Origin: an uncultured delta proteobacterium
Lineage (GTDB): Bacteria; Myxococcota_A; Polyangia; Polyangiales; Polyangiaceae
Direction of reading: 5' to 3'
DNA: 64,000 nt
Assembly (NCBI GenBank): GCA_963806225.1
Contig: CAWDXG010000004.1
Location: 3,744,001 to 3,808,000 of the forward strand
Each line of letters starts with the position of its first letter. Positions within the stretch are counted from its first letter, which is position 1. The notes beneath the pieces were generated by a model. It saw only the letters and a program-made list of their open reading frames with translations. It was not told the origin of the DNA and searched no databases. Made by a program: the position numbers and the translations under genes. Below, piece by piece: positions 29,217 through 39,569 of this stretch.

Positions 29217-29843
29217 CTGACGCGGATTTCCATCACAATCCCCGCTGGCAGGGCGCGCGGCTCCCGGACCGGCACGGAGAAGTCCCTGAACGCCGGCCCG
29301 GGCTACGTCCTGTACGGGATCAGCTGGAGCGAGATCGGGGACAAGCCCTGCTGGATCCGCGGATACTTCTGGAGCAGCTCGGTGCCGAAGGACAAGGCAC
29401 TCGTCCAGAAGGAGATCAGCATCTGTCCGAAGAACAACAAGAGCGTCAAGACGGTGATGCTCCAGCCTCCTGGCACCGACCACGGCGTCGGCGTGAGCAC
29501 GATCCAGGTCTGTACCGACAAGAAGAAGGCGTCCAGAGACGAACGGCTGAAGGGGGTCAAGATCTGGGCTCGCAAGGTCGACTACGATAGCGGCAGCGTT
29601 TCGAGCTCCGACGACTTCGAGTGGGAGCAGCGGACGCACTGCAAGAACAACTGGCAGAACAAGGTGGAGTGTCCCAAAGGCACCGTGGCCAATGGCCTCA
29701 CCGTCGAAGTCGGACAGAACGGCAAGGCAGCCAACGCGTTCCGCGGAATCGCACTGCAGTGTGACAAGCCGAGCGCCAAGTCGTCCGGGCACGGGCACGG
29801 CCACCAGCCGGGCCATCACCCCAGGCCAGGACACCGGAAGTAG
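29217..29843 (+). CDS. Cys-containing beta-rich hypothetical protein; start unresolved or 5' end missing
   Basis: The 3' ~200 aa of ORF 29040..29843 have strong coding bias and a Lys/Asn/Trp/Cys-rich sequence, but no credible start, RBS or signal peptide fits before the divergent PBP gene. Confidence 0.6.
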   Translation: MTRISITIPAGRARGSRTGTEKSLNAGPGYVLYGISWSEIGDKPCWIRGYFWSSSVPKDKALVQKEISICPKNNKSVKTVMLQPPGTDHGVGVSTIQVCTDKKKASRDERLKGVKIWARKVDYDSGSVSSSDDFEWEQRTHCKNNWQNKVECPKGTVANGLTVEVGQNGKAANAFRGIALQCDKPSAKSSGHGHGHQPGHHPRPGHRK

Positions 29844-29846
29844 GCG

Positions 29847-31760
29847 CTAGAACATCACGCCCGCGCGCACGCCCAGCTCGTGCAGGACGTGCGCGTCGGA
29901 GTGCCCCGCGATGTTGCCGGGCGAGACTGCGCGGTTGTCCGACGTGTCGGACTTCGGCATCGAGTACATGAGCCAGTTCGCGCTCATGCGCACATGCCGC
30001 GTCGCCCAGTAGTTCAGGCCCAGTCCCAGCGAACCCACGTTGAGCTTCCCGTCGGCGCCGCCGCCGGCCGCCGGCTGCCCGCCGCGGCTCGCTCCCTGGT
30101 ACTTCGCGCCGAGCGCCTCCACCCGTAGCAACACCTCCAGCGATTGCGCCGGGAGCAGCGGCTCTTGCTTGGTGAAATCCAGCGTGCGGGGCCGGACGCC
30201 GCCGCCCGGCGCGCCCACCAGGTGCGGCTTGCCCAGGATCGTGTAGCCGACCTGCACATAGCCCGCCGCGCCCTTGAACGTACCGATGCGTTCGGTATTG
30301 GTCGACTGGTAGCCGTCCACCGCCTCCCGCGTCTCGTTCTTCAAGAGCACGACCTCCGACTGCAGCTCGAAGCGCTGGATCGGAACCCACAGCTCGAACG
30401 CGAGCGCTCCCTGCGCATCCGCCGGCAGCACGTGCACGCGGCGCCCCAGCGAATCGGTGTACACGGGCCTCCAGAACGCGAACCCCTGCTGCGTCCGCAG
30501 CGCGGGATAGTCGTAGTTCACGCGGTCTCCCTGCCTGTTGCCGGTGCGGGCGCTGACGCCGATCCGCGCCTGCTCGAGCAGCTTCACATGACCCGCAAAC
30601 GGACTCCAGGTGACGCGCGCCATCAGGTCCGCTCGCCGATCGACGCCGGGGCGATTCCGGCCGTCACCCCCATATAGGCCGACCCAGTACGATACGTGCG
30701 CCACCTGCACGTCGCCCCATACCGTCGCGCCGATATCGCGGCCCTCCGGGTTGCCGAAAGCGCGCGTCGACAGCGGCCGCTCGTGGAACGGCAGCGCGGA
30801 CAGCGGGGTGGCGTTCGCCATAGTGAACGGCGTGCGGTACTGCCCGAGCATCAGGTTCAGCACCGCGCTCTGCCGCAAGTTGATCCAGGCATCGAGCACG
30901 CCCGCGGAGTTGCCGGCCGTCTGCGCGGGCGCGTAGCGCGCGGAAGCGCTATCCGGCGCCTGTCCCGGCGGAGCTGCGGCCAGCTCGTTCGTACCGGCTC
31001 CATTCACGAGAGGCTGTCCATCCGCCGCTAGCGTGAGCTGCCACGAGATGGGCTGGAGCACCTCACCGCCCAGGCCGAGGCGGGCCGCACGCACCAGCAG
31101 CCGGGGGCTCAGTGCGGATCCCGACACGTCGCCCACGCCCGGCCCCGCCCAGGCCTGCCCGTCGAGCAGCAGCAAGGCGCTCGGGTACACCCGGAAGTTG
31201 TCGGTTGCGTCACGCAGGTAGAAGTGGCCGTTCTGGTATCCGGCCAGCGGATGCCCGTCGCGCGCCAGCGCCGGACCGGGAGCTGCCGTCGCCGGAGCCG
31301 GAGCCGTGACCGGCGCAGTGTCGGCCTGCTCCGTAACCGGCGGTGGCCAGACCGCCGCCTGCCCGGCTTCAATCTTTTGGCCGGCCGACCGCCCAACGTC
31401 GACACCGGGTGGGGAAGCGGGCGGCGCCGCCGCAGCGGGCGGTGCGGGCGAGGCCTTCGCGGGGGCCGGCGCTGCGCTCGGCGCAGGCTCCGCCGCGGGC
31501 TTTTCGCCGGGTGGGGAGGCCTGGGGACCGGCGGCGTCCGCAGCCGCAGCGATGCCCGCCTTCTTTGGGTCGGGCTTGGCTCCAGCCGGCTTCTTCTGAT
31601 CGGGCTTGGCCTCGGCCGCCTTCTTCTGGTCCTTGGGCGCGGCCGCCTTCTTCTGGTCGGGCCTGGGCTGGGCCACGGCGGGAGCGGCGACCAGAAGTGC
31701 AGCTAGAGCGGCGCGCAGGAACAGGCGACGACGAGCGGGAGCGGCGGGGGCAAGGATCAT
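29847..31760 (-). CDS. OprO/OprP-like phosphate-selective porin with Ala/Pro/Lys N-terminal extension
   Basis: Signal peptide; AGYQNGHFYLR, RAARLGLGG, LDAWINL, GQYRTPF, GRDIGA, LGLGLNYW, C-terminal GVMF. Confidence 0.78.
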   Translation of the reverse strand: MILAPAAPARRRLFLRAALAALLVAAPAVAQPRPDQKKAAAPKDQKKAAEAKPDQKKPAGAKPDPKKAGIAAAADAAGPQASPPGEKPAAEPAPSAAPAPAKASPAPPAAAAPPASPPGVDVGRSAGQKIEAGQAAVWPPPVTEQADTAPVTAPAPATAAPGPALARDGHPLAGYQNGHFYLRDATDNFRVYPSALLLLDGQAWAGPGVGDVSGSALSPRLLVRAARLGLGGEVLQPISWQLTLAADGQPLVNGAGTNELAAAPPGQAPDSASARYAPAQTAGNSAGVLDAWINLRQSAVLNLMLGQYRTPFTMANATPLSALPFHERPLSTRAFGNPEGRDIGATVWGDVQVAHVSYWVGLYGGDGRNRPGVDRRADLMARVTWSPFAGHVKLLEQARIGVSARTGNRQGDRVNYDYPALRTQQGFAFWRPVYTDSLGRRVHVLPADAQGALAFELWVPIQRFELQSEVVLLKNETREAVDGYQSTNTERIGTFKGAAGYVQVGYTILGKPHLVGAPGGGVRPRTLDFTKQEPLLPAQSLEVLLRVEALGAKYQGASRGGQPAAGGGADGKLNVGSLGLGLNYWATRHVRMSANWLMYSMPKSDTSDNRAVSPGNIAGHSDAHVLHELGVRAGVMF

Positions 31761-31905
31761 GGCGCCGGGACGTTGTCTCGCGCCGTACCGCGAAGTCAAC
31801 AGGCATGGGCCGGGCGTGATGCGCGTCGCAAGCCGAGGGTCTATGCTGGCCGGAACGGAGGGCGGAGCGACAGGGCCTCGCCGATCCTGGAGGCTCTCCC
31901 TGGCC

Positions 31906-33111
31906 TTGGAGAAACAGAACCAATCCGACGCGAGCGCAGCGCCCTTCAGCGCGAACCTCGAAGTGGAAAACACCTCGACGCTGCTGGCGCTGTCCGGCCC
32001 GCAGGGCTCGCTGCTGGGGACGGTCGCCCGCGAGAGTGGCGCGGACGTGAGCCTGCGCGGCAACGTCATCTACCTATCCGGCGACGAGGGTGACGTGGTG
32101 GTAGCGCGCCGCTTCCTGAGCGACGCGGCCGAGCTGTTGAGCCGCGGCTACGAGCTCGGGCCCGCCGACGTGGCGCGCTCGCTCGACTCGCTGCGCCGTG
32201 ATCCCGCGGCCTCGCTCACCCAGCTGCTCGACGAGGTCATCATTGTCTCGCCGCGCCGCAAGCCGGTGACGCCGAAGGGCGTCGCGCAGCGGCGCTACAT
32301 CGAGATGATCCGCACCCACGATCTCACGTTCGGCATCGGCCCCGCCGGAACGGGCAAGACATACCTCGCGATGGCGATGGCCACGAGCGCGCTCATGCAG
32401 CGCAAGGTCAAGCGCATCATCCTGACCCGCCCTGCCGTCGAAGCCGGGGAGAAGCTCGGCTTCCTTCCCGGCGACCTGGCCGAGAAGGTCAACCCGTATC
32501 TCAGACCGCTGTACGACGCTCTCCACGACATGATCGACTTCGACCGGGTCGAGCAGATGCGCGAGCGCGGACAGATCGAGGTGGCGCCGTTGGCCTTCAT
32601 GCGCGGCCGCACGCTCAACGACTCCTTCGTCATCCTCGACGAGGCGCAGAACGCCACCAGCGAGCAGATGCGGATGTTCCTGACGCGGCTCGGCTTCGCG
32701 TCCAAGGCCGTGGTCACCGGCGACATCACCCAGACCGACCTGCCGACGGGCGCACAGAGCGGCCTGCGCGAAGCGCGCGACCTGCTCGGCGAGATCGAGG
32801 GAATCGGCTTCTGTGCGTTCAGCGACGCGGATGTGGTCCGCCACCACCTGGTGCAGAAGATCATCGTCGCCTACGAGCGCCGCGACGCCGAGCGCGCCCG
32901 TGAGAAGGCCGAGCGCGAAACCGAACGCCGGCGCCTCGGTGAAGAAGCGCGCGCGGCGGTCGAGCGCGCCCGCAGCGTGCCTCCCGACGCCAACGCCAGT
33001 GTCGACGAAAGCCTCGAAAGCCTCGTCGAGCGACCCATCGACACCGGACAGCCCGCCGGAGCAGATCCAGAAACCGACGGCGAAACGAGCGCCCGGGAGG
33101 GGAACCCATGA
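31906..33111 (+). CDS. phoH: PhoH-family ATPase (YbeZ-like)
   Basis: FGIGPAGTGKTYLA, LTRPAVEAGEKLGFLPGDL, PYLRPLYDAL, APLAFMRGRTL, LDEAQN, TGDITQTDLP. GGAGG upstream of a TTG/CTG start. Confidence 0.93.
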   Translation: MEKQNQSDASAAPFSANLEVENTSTLLALSGPQGSLLGTVARESGADVSLRGNVIYLSGDEGDVVVARRFLSDAAELLSRGYELGPADVARSLDSLRRDPAASLTQLLDEVIIVSPRRKPVTPKGVAQRRYIEMIRTHDLTFGIGPAGTGKTYLAMAMATSALMQRKVKRIILTRPAVEAGEKLGFLPGDLAEKVNPYLRPLYDALHDMIDFDRVEQMRERGQIEVAPLAFMRGRTLNDSFVILDEAQNATSEQMRMFLTRLGFASKAVVTGDITQTDLPTGAQSGLREARDLLGEIEGIGFCAFSDADVVRHHLVQKIIVAYERRDAERAREKAERETERRRLGEEARAAVERARSVPPDANASVDESLESLVERPIDTGQPAGADPETDGETSAREGNP

Positions 33112-35107
33112 GCATCCAGTCCGGAACCGGCCAGTCGCCGGTCCGAATCCGTCGGCAAGAAGACCCAGGCCGGCATCGAGCTACTGACGCGCCTGGCCGA
33201 CTCGCTCGCCACCGACGCGCGGCTGGACCACGGCGTCGTCTCGCGACCCCACGCGCTGCTCGTGATGGTGCGGCGCGGCCCGCATTTCGTACTGCTGCTG
33301 CCCGCGTCGGTATGGGACCGGGGACGCGAGCTGCTCGAGCCGTTCGCCGAGGACTTCGCCTCCGCCCAGGCCCGCTTCATCGTTCTGGGACGCCCGAAGG
33401 ATCCGGATCTGGCTCTGGCGCTCAACCGCGGGCTCGGAGCCATCCTGCCGGCCGAGCCCTCGAACGACGAGCTGCTCGTCGCGCTGCACCAGGCCTTCGA
33501 GCTCCTGGAGGTGAAGGCCAGGAGCGAGAGCCGCGGCAAGTGGCTGAACCGCTACCGTTACGAGCTGGGCGAGCTGATCGAGATCGCGCGCGCCATCACG
33601 ACGGAACGCGAGATCGACAAGCTGCTCGGCCTCATCCTCGAGAAGAGTCGCTTCGTCACCGCCGCGGACGCCGGCAGCATCTACGTCGTCGAGGGCAGCG
33701 AGCCGGAGATCGACGCGTCGCGAGCTCCGTTTCAAGCTCAGCCAGAACGACTCGGTGTCGTTCGACTCGAGCGAGTTCACGATGCCCATCAGCCCGCACA
33801 GCATGGCGGGCTACGTCGCCCTCGAGCAGAAGACGATCCGCATCGAAGACGTGTACGACATGCCGCCGGGCTCGTCCTTCGGCTTCGATCGCTCCTTCGA
33901 CGAGAAGATCGGCTATCGCACCCGCAGCATGCTGTGCACGCCGCTCGTCTCCAGCAAGGGAGAGGTCATCGGCGTCCTGCAGCTCATCAACAAGAAGCGT
34001 GAGCAGACGCAGAAGCTGCTCGCCAAGGACGACTTCGAGCGGCTGGTGGTGCCCTTCGACGAGCGCAGCGAGCAGCTGCTCTCGACGCTCGCAGCGCAGG
34101 CCGGCATCGCGCTGGAAAACGCCATCCTGTACGACGAGATCCGCAGCATCTTCGAGGGCTTCGTCCGCGCCAGCGTGGAAGCCATCGAAGCGAGGGATCC
34201 GACCACGAGCGGCCACTCGCGTCGCGTAGCCGAGCTGACCATGGGCCTGGCCGAAGCTGTCGAGCGCGTGGACGCGGGCCCCTACCGCGACGTTGCGTGG
34301 ACGCGCGAGGACATGCGCGAGATCGAGTACGCCTCGCTGCTCCACGACTTCGGCAAGATTGGCGTGCGGGAAAACGTGCTGGTCAAGGCGAAGAAGCTCT
34401 ATCCGCACGACCTGTCGGCGATCCGCCAGCGCTTCGATTTCGTGATCCGCACCATCGAGTCGGACGTGCTGTCGCGCAAGCTGCGGGTCCTCGAGCGCGG
34501 CGGAGCCTCGGGCGAGCTGGCGGATCTCGACCGGGAGCTGACCGAGCGACTCGGCGAAGTCGACGAAGCGTGGCGCGTGATCGAGACCGCCAACGAGCCG
34601 ACGGTGCTCGCCGCGGGCGACTTCCGCAAGATCGAGGAGCTCGGGCGGCAGACCTACGTCACGCTCGTCGGCGACCCGGCAACGCTGCTGACGGCGGAAG
34701 AAGTCAAGTCACTGAGCGTGATGCGCGGCTCGCTCACTCCGGAGGAGTTCGACGAGATCCGCAGCCACGTCTCGCACACGTATCGCTTCCTATCGCGCAT
34801 CCCGTGGGGAAAGAGCTTCGCACGCGTCGCCGTCATCGCCGGCGCGCACCACGAACGGCTGAACGGCACGGGCTACCCGAATCGCCTCCGCGCCGAGGAA
34901 ATCCCGATGCAGTCGAAGATGATGACCGTGAGCGACATCTTCGACGCCCTGACAGCCAGCGATCGCCCCTACAAGCGCGCCGTCCCCGTCGAGAAAGCGC
35001 TGCAGATCCTGGGCTTCGAGGTGAAGGACAACCACATCGACAGCGAGCTGGTCCGGATCTTCACCGAGGCGCGGCCGTGGGAAAAGGTGACGGGCGCGCT
35101 GTACTGA
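33108..35107 (+). CDS. GAF plus HD-GYP cyclic dinucleotide phosphodiesterase (two frameshifts, near 33140 and 33720)
   Basis: ORFs 33262..34002 and 33755..35107: ADAGSIY, GYRTRSMLCTP, GVLQLINK, DPTTSGHSRRVA, LLHDFGK, HHERLNGTGYP, DIFDALTASDRPYK. Confidence 0.9.
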
Positions 35108-35191
35108 ACGCCTGACTGGGTCCCCCCCGCAGGCGACCCCGCAAAGCAGTTCGGCCCTCCGCACTTAATGCAGACCTGAGCCGCCGGGACG

Positions 35192-36235
35192 GTGGCCTCG
35201 CGGCATGAAATCAGGCACTATTCAAGGCTAGGCGGCGTTTTTCCGTCGGCCCGGTCTGTGCATGGAGTTGCTTCCGCCTTGAGGTCCCTTTTGCGTTCGC
35301 CGTTCGTCAGCCCAGGTGTGCTGGCAGGGTTGGGTGTCGCGCTCGCCCTGGCAAGCGGCTGCTCGAAGAGCCCGACCCACCCCGGCGGGCCCGGCGCGCA
35401 GGGCGGCACGGGCGCCAGCGCCGGCACCGGCGGCAGTGGCACCGGCGGCAGCTCCGGCGGAACTGCCGGCTCGGGCGGAACTGCCGGCTCCGGCGGCAGC
35501 GCCGCAAGCGGCGGGACAGGCGCGGGCGGCACCGGCGGCACTGCCAGCGGCGGAACGGGCGGCAGCTCGGCGAGCGGCGGAACGGGCGGCATCGTCGACG
35601 CCGGTCAGCCGCCGACGTGCGACCCGATGCTCGGCCTGGGCACGCAGAAGCTGACCGCCGACCAGAACACGCCGCAGGCCTTCCGCGACGCCTACAACGC
35701 CGAGGTGCAGAACGGCCAGGGCTCGGCTCCCGGCCCGCTGCTCGTGATGATCCAGTTCTCCTCCAACACGATCTGGTTCGGACCGCCGAAGTCGGTCTCG
35801 GGCGGCTACGGCTTCGGAACACCGCACGACTCGGCCCCGTTCAAGCTGACCCAGCACATGCAGATCGAGACCACGCCGTCGAGCTTCGCGCTCGTGGTCG
35901 GCGGCGCGACCATCCCGGTGTCGTTCGTCACCGGCAACGGCACGCCGCACAAGGACTGCAAGGGGGTGGACTTCAACTTCCTGCGGCTCGGGATCCCGTA
36001 CACCGCCGGGACCATTGCCTTCCACGGCTCGACCGTCGGCACACTGATGGGGCAACCCGGCTACATCGGTCCGCTGGTGGATGGCGGACCCCCGAGCGGA
36101 CCGCCGGACAGCGGGCCACCGGACAGCGGGCCGCCGGATGCCAGCGCCGAAAGCGGGCCGCCCACGGGGCTGGGCTGGAACATCGAGCTGAGCGGCACGG
36201 CCACGTACTTGAGCTACCAGGGAGGAACACCGTGA
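35192..36235 (+). CDS. Gly-rich-linker lipoprotein (true start may be the GTG near 35317)
   Basis: LGVALALASGC lipobox, GGTGG linker, globular domain, GPPDS x3. The stop overlaps the next GTG. Confidence 0.72.
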   Translation: MASRHEIRHYSRLGGVFPSARSVHGVASALRSLLRSPFVSPGVLAGLGVALALASGCSKSPTHPGGPGAQGGTGASAGTGGSGTGGSSGGTAGSGGTAGSGGSAASGGTGAGGTGGTASGGTGGSSASGGTGGIVDAGQPPTCDPMLGLGTQKLTADQNTPQAFRDAYNAEVQNGQGSAPGPLLVMIQFSSNTIWFGPPKSVSGGYGFGTPHDSAPFKLTQHMQIETTPSSFALVVGGATIPVSFVTGNGTPHKDCKGVDFNFLRLGIPYTAGTIAFHGSTVGTLMGQPGYIGPLVDGGPPSGPPDSGPPDSGPPDASAESGPPTGLGWNIELSGTATYLSYQGGTP

Positions 36236-38322
36236 AGCGCACTGCCCTCATGTCGACCCTGCGCTCGATCCCGTTCCCGGCCCGGCTCGCGATCGCAGCC
36301 GCGTCGCTGCTGCTGCTGACCAGCGCTTGCTCCGGCTCGAATCCGTTGCCGAACGGCATCGGCGCCGGCGGCTCGAGCGCCGGGCAGTGCGTCGACAAGG
36401 ACAAAGACGGCTACGGCGTCGGCTGTCCGCTGGGCAACGACTGCAACGACAACGACCCGACCTCGACCAACGAATGCTTCGGCTGCTCCAGCGGCCAGGC
36501 AGGGTGTCCCTGCGCGACCGACGGACTCAAGACCGAATGCGGCATTCCGCTCGGCAAGGTGGGCAACGAGGTGAGCTGCCAGATGGGCACTTCGACCTGC
36601 CAGGGCGGACAGTGGGGCCAGTGCATCGCGGACACGGGCTCGAGCACGCAGACCTACCGCGCTCCCGCTCGGAGCGCGCAAGCCCTGGGCGGCGGCTCGA
36701 CCTGCGCGGCCAATCCCTGCGACCCGTACTGCATGCATTGGAACGACACGCCGGACCCGTCGATGGGGAACGACGCCGGCGTCGTCGGCACGGACGCCGG
36801 GCTCAGCATCAAAGGCAACGGCGCGACGCTCGGCTGCGGCAGCGTCACACAGAAGGCCGAGCCCATCCCGCTCGACCTGTACGTGATGCTGGACGACTCG
36901 GGATCGATGAACGAGTACGTCAACAGCACGCAGACCCGCTGGCAAGCGGTGACGACGGCGCTCAAAGGCTTCGTCAACGACCCCAACTCCGCCGGCATCA
37001 ACGTCGCAGTGCAGTACTTCGGGGCGGTGACGCAGACGTGCACGAGTTGGACCTGCACGTCGCAAAATTGCTTCACCGGCTACCACTACTACCCGTGGTA
37101 CGGCTGGTGGTACGGCTACGACTGCGAGTGCAACAGCTACACGTGCAACTCGTACGGCTGGAGCATGGCCGGCGACCCGCCGTACTGCCAGGTGAGCCAC
37201 TACGCTACGCCCGACGTGGCCATGGGCGCACTGCCCGGCAACGCCGGATCCGTCTCCACGTCGCTGAACAACCACTACGCATTGACGAGCACACCGACCC
37301 TGCCCGCAGAGCAGGGCGCAGTGCAGTTCGCGCAGAACTGGAAGACCGCGAATCCGACGCACACCGTGGCCGTGGTACTCGCCACCGACGGCGAACCCAA
37401 CGACTGCGACGGAGGCTGCGGCTGGTGGAGCAGCGCTTCCTGCTTCACGAACCACGTCGCCCAGGCCGCAGCGGCCGGCTACGGCGGCACGCCGTCGATC
37501 AAGACCTACGTAATCGGCTGCGGCTCCTCCACCGGCAACCTCGATCAGGTCGCCGCGGCCGGCGGCACCACCAAGGCGTTCATCGCCAGCGACGCGAACT
37601 CGACCAGCGACTTCATCGCGGCAATGAACGCCATCCGCAACACGGCTCTCCCTTGCACGTACACCGTGCCCACGCCACCGGTGGGCCAGCAGATCGACTA
37701 TTCGACGCTCAACATCCAGTACACCTCCGGCGGCGGCACCGTCACGTCCATGACCCAGGTCGCGAACGCGGCGGCCTGCACGGGCAACGCCTGGTACTTC
37801 ACCGACGCGAGCAAGACGACCATGGCGCTCTGCCCCGGCATCTGCAGCACCGTCCAGGGCGACACCGGCGCGCAGGTGAACGTCGTCTACAGCTGCGTGC
37901 AGCACTACGACCCGGGCGTCTTCACGCGCACCTACGACGCCAGCTCCGTCTGCCCGACGGGCACCGCCCCGTACTGGGGCGCGTGGACCTGGTCCTCCAG
38001 TCTGCCGAGCGATTCCGGCATCGACTTCAAGGTCGCCGTGGCCTCGACGGCCGCCGGCCTGTCCAGTGCGCCGCTCGACAGCCTGCAGTTCACCAATCCG
38101 CCCGGGCCGGCGGGGCTCGCCGGTCAGCCCATCGGGGCGCGCGCCGCCACGAACACGGAAAACGGCAGCGCGGTCATCGAGAAGACGCTGATCGCCCACA
38201 GCCGCAACGGCAGCGCGCCGTTCCTCAAGGTCGAGTCGTACCTCAATCCGTCGAGCGACCAGACCAAGCCGCCCACGTTGATCAGCTGGGACCTGCAGGT
38301 CTCCTGCCAGCCTGCCCAGTGA
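36232..38322 (+). CDS. Cys-rich vWA-domain lipoprotein (adhesin-like), paralogue A
   Basis: GGAGG then GTG at 36232; LLLTSAC lipobox; DKDKDGYG..DCND, MIDAS LDDSGSM, TPT, ATDGEP, KTYVIG. Confidence 0.85.
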   Translation: MKRTALMSTLRSIPFPARLAIAAASLLLLTSACSGSNPLPNGIGAGGSSAGQCVDKDKDGYGVGCPLGNDCNDNDPTSTNECFGCSSGQAGCPCATDGLKTECGIPLGKVGNEVSCQMGTSTCQGGQWGQCIADTGSSTQTYRAPARSAQALGGGSTCAANPCDPYCMHWNDTPDPSMGNDAGVVGTDAGLSIKGNGATLGCGSVTQKAEPIPLDLYVMLDDSGSMNEYVNSTQTRWQAVTTALKGFVNDPNSAGINVAVQYFGAVTQTCTSWTCTSQNCFTGYHYYPWYGWWYGYDCECNSYTCNSYGWSMAGDPPYCQVSHYATPDVAMGALPGNAGSVSTSLNNHYALTSTPTLPAEQGAVQFAQNWKTANPTHTVAVVLATDGEPNDCDGGCGWWSSASCFTNHVAQAAAAGYGGTPSIKTYVIGCGSSTGNLDQVAAAGGTTKAFIASDANSTSDFIAAMNAIRNTALPCTYTVPTPPVGQQIDYSTLNIQYTSGGGTVTSMTQVANAAACTGNAWYFTDASKTTMALCPGICSTVQGDTGAQVNVVYSCVQHYDPGVFTRTYDASSVCPTGTAPYWGAWTWSSSLPSDSGIDFKVAVASTAAGLSSAPLDSLQFTNPPGPAGLAGQPIGARAATNTENGSAVIEKTLIAHSRNGSAPFLKVESYLNPSSDQTKPPTLISWDLQVSCQPAQ

Positions 38323-38327
38323 GCCCG

Positions 38328-39569
38328 CTACGGCGTCCGCGCGCAGCGGAAGCCGACGGCGTTGGACCTCGAGCCCGGCGCAGCGTGGCCGCGCGCGGCA
38401 GCTCTGAGGTCGATGCCCGCAGACTGGAACGAGCCGCCGCGCACGCCCCGGTCGCCGCCCGCCGCCGTGTTCGCACAGTCGCTGCAGCTCGCTCCCCCGC
38501 CCGAATACCAGTTGGCGTCGTAGGCATCGAGCACCCACTCGGCGACACTTCCCGCTAGATCCTGCTGCCCGTAGCGCCCGGCACCCGACAGCGTCGAGCC
38601 CACCGTCACGGTCGGCGACGCCGCGCCGTTCTTGAAGTCCGCGAACGTGGAATCCGGTGTCTGGGCTCCCCACGGATAGAGCCGGTTCGCGTCGCCGCCG
38701 GCAGCAGCCATCTCCCACTCCGCTTCGGTGGGCAGGCGCTTCTTGTCCCAGACGCAGAACGCGAACGCCTCGTACCAGGTCACGCAGTCGATGGGCGCTT
38801 TCTCGTTGGCGCCGGGCTGGGCCGTCCAGGTGTCGTTCCCAGGCGAGCAGTCGAGCGCCGCCTCCAGCGCGCTTCGCGACGCCGGAAGCTGGGCGTCGTA
38901 GGCCACCTGCCAGCCGCTGCCGGCGATACTCGTGCGCGCACCGCTGCCCACGGGCGGCGGCGTGCCGTCGTACACCTGCACGAAGCGCCGGAAGCGCCCG
39001 ACGGTAACCTCGAACGCGTCGAGCTTGTACGCGGACAGCGTGACGTTGTGCTCGGGCTGCTCGCCCGCGCAGGTGGCGCAGGGATAGGCGTCGCCGCCGC
39101 CGCTGCTCCTGCCCATCGCGAAGGTGCCCGAGAATATGTCGCGCTCCTGGCAACAGCTCGTGGTGCCGCAGGACAGCCCGCTTCCACAGGACTGGTCGAG
39201 GACGCCCCAGGTGAGCCCGGCGTCCGCCGCACCGCCGCTGCCCGCCGCACCGCCGCTGCCCGCCGCACCGCCGCTGCCCGCCGAGCCGCCGCTGCCCGCC
39301 GAGCCGCCGCTGCCCGCAGAGCCGCCACTTCCTGCCGTGCCACCGCCGTCTGCCGCCGCGTCTCCTCCCCCGCCGTCGTGGGCGCCCGCGCTGCCGCCCT
39401 GGCCGCTGCTTCCGCCGCTGGAGACGAAGCCCCCGCTGGCGGCCGATCCGCCGAGCGAAGGCGGGTGCTTGGGCTGCTTGCTGCAGTAGCTCAACGCCAG
39501 AACCGGCCCCAGAGTCCATCCCAGACGGCTGGCTGTACGGAAAGAGCGGGCAAGCAGACACCGTGGCAT
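38328..39569 (-). CDS. Formylglycine-generating enzyme (FGE-sulfatase/SUMF1) domain lipoprotein
   Basis: GGAGG then ATG at 39569; GTFAMG, EQPEH, EVTVGRF, VTWYEAFAFC, RLPTEAEWE, YPWG, DLAGSVAEW, RGGSF, GFRCAR. Confidence 0.9.
   Translation of the reverse strand: MPRCLLARSFRTASRLGWTLGPVLALSYCSKQPKHPPSLGGSAASGGFVSSGGSSGQGGSAGAHDGGGGDAAADGGGTAGSGGSAGSGGSAGSGGSAGSGGAAGSGGAAGSGGAADAGLTWGVLDQSCGSGLSCGTTSCCQERDIFSGTFAMGRSSGGGDAYPCATCAGEQPEHNVTLSAYKLDAFEVTVGRFRRFVQVYDGTPPPVGSGARTSIAGSGWQVAYDAQLPASRSALEAALDCSPGNDTWTAQPGANEKAPIDCVTWYEAFAFCVWDKKRLPTEAEWEMAAAGGDANRLYPWGAQTPDSTFADFKNGAASPTVTVGSTLSGAGRYGQQDLAGSVAEWVLDAYDANWYSGGGASCSDCANTAAGGDRGVRGGSFQSAGIDLRAAARGHAAPGSRSNAVGFRCARTP

Noticed and set aside
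31760..31906. Pho box between the divergent porin and phoH
   Set aside because: No recognisable CTGTCAT-type direct repeats; this PhoH looks like the housekeeping YbeZ type.
35108..35200. c-di-GMP-I riboswitch or terminator (CGCAAAGC motif, GGGTC/GACCC stem) after the HD-GYP gene
   Set aside because: Lacks the GGCAAAC/GAAA tetraloop elements and has no U-tract; only a short motif coincidence.
38328..38500. DGR variable region in the FGE/C-type-lectin-fold protein
   Set aside because: No reverse transcriptase and no template-repeat copy differing at adenines was seen in the window.
39228..39340. 18-bp repeats here and similar ones at 35420-35590 and 51636-52000
   Set aside because: They encode ordinary Gly/Ser/Ala lipoprotein tethers, not non-coding arrays.
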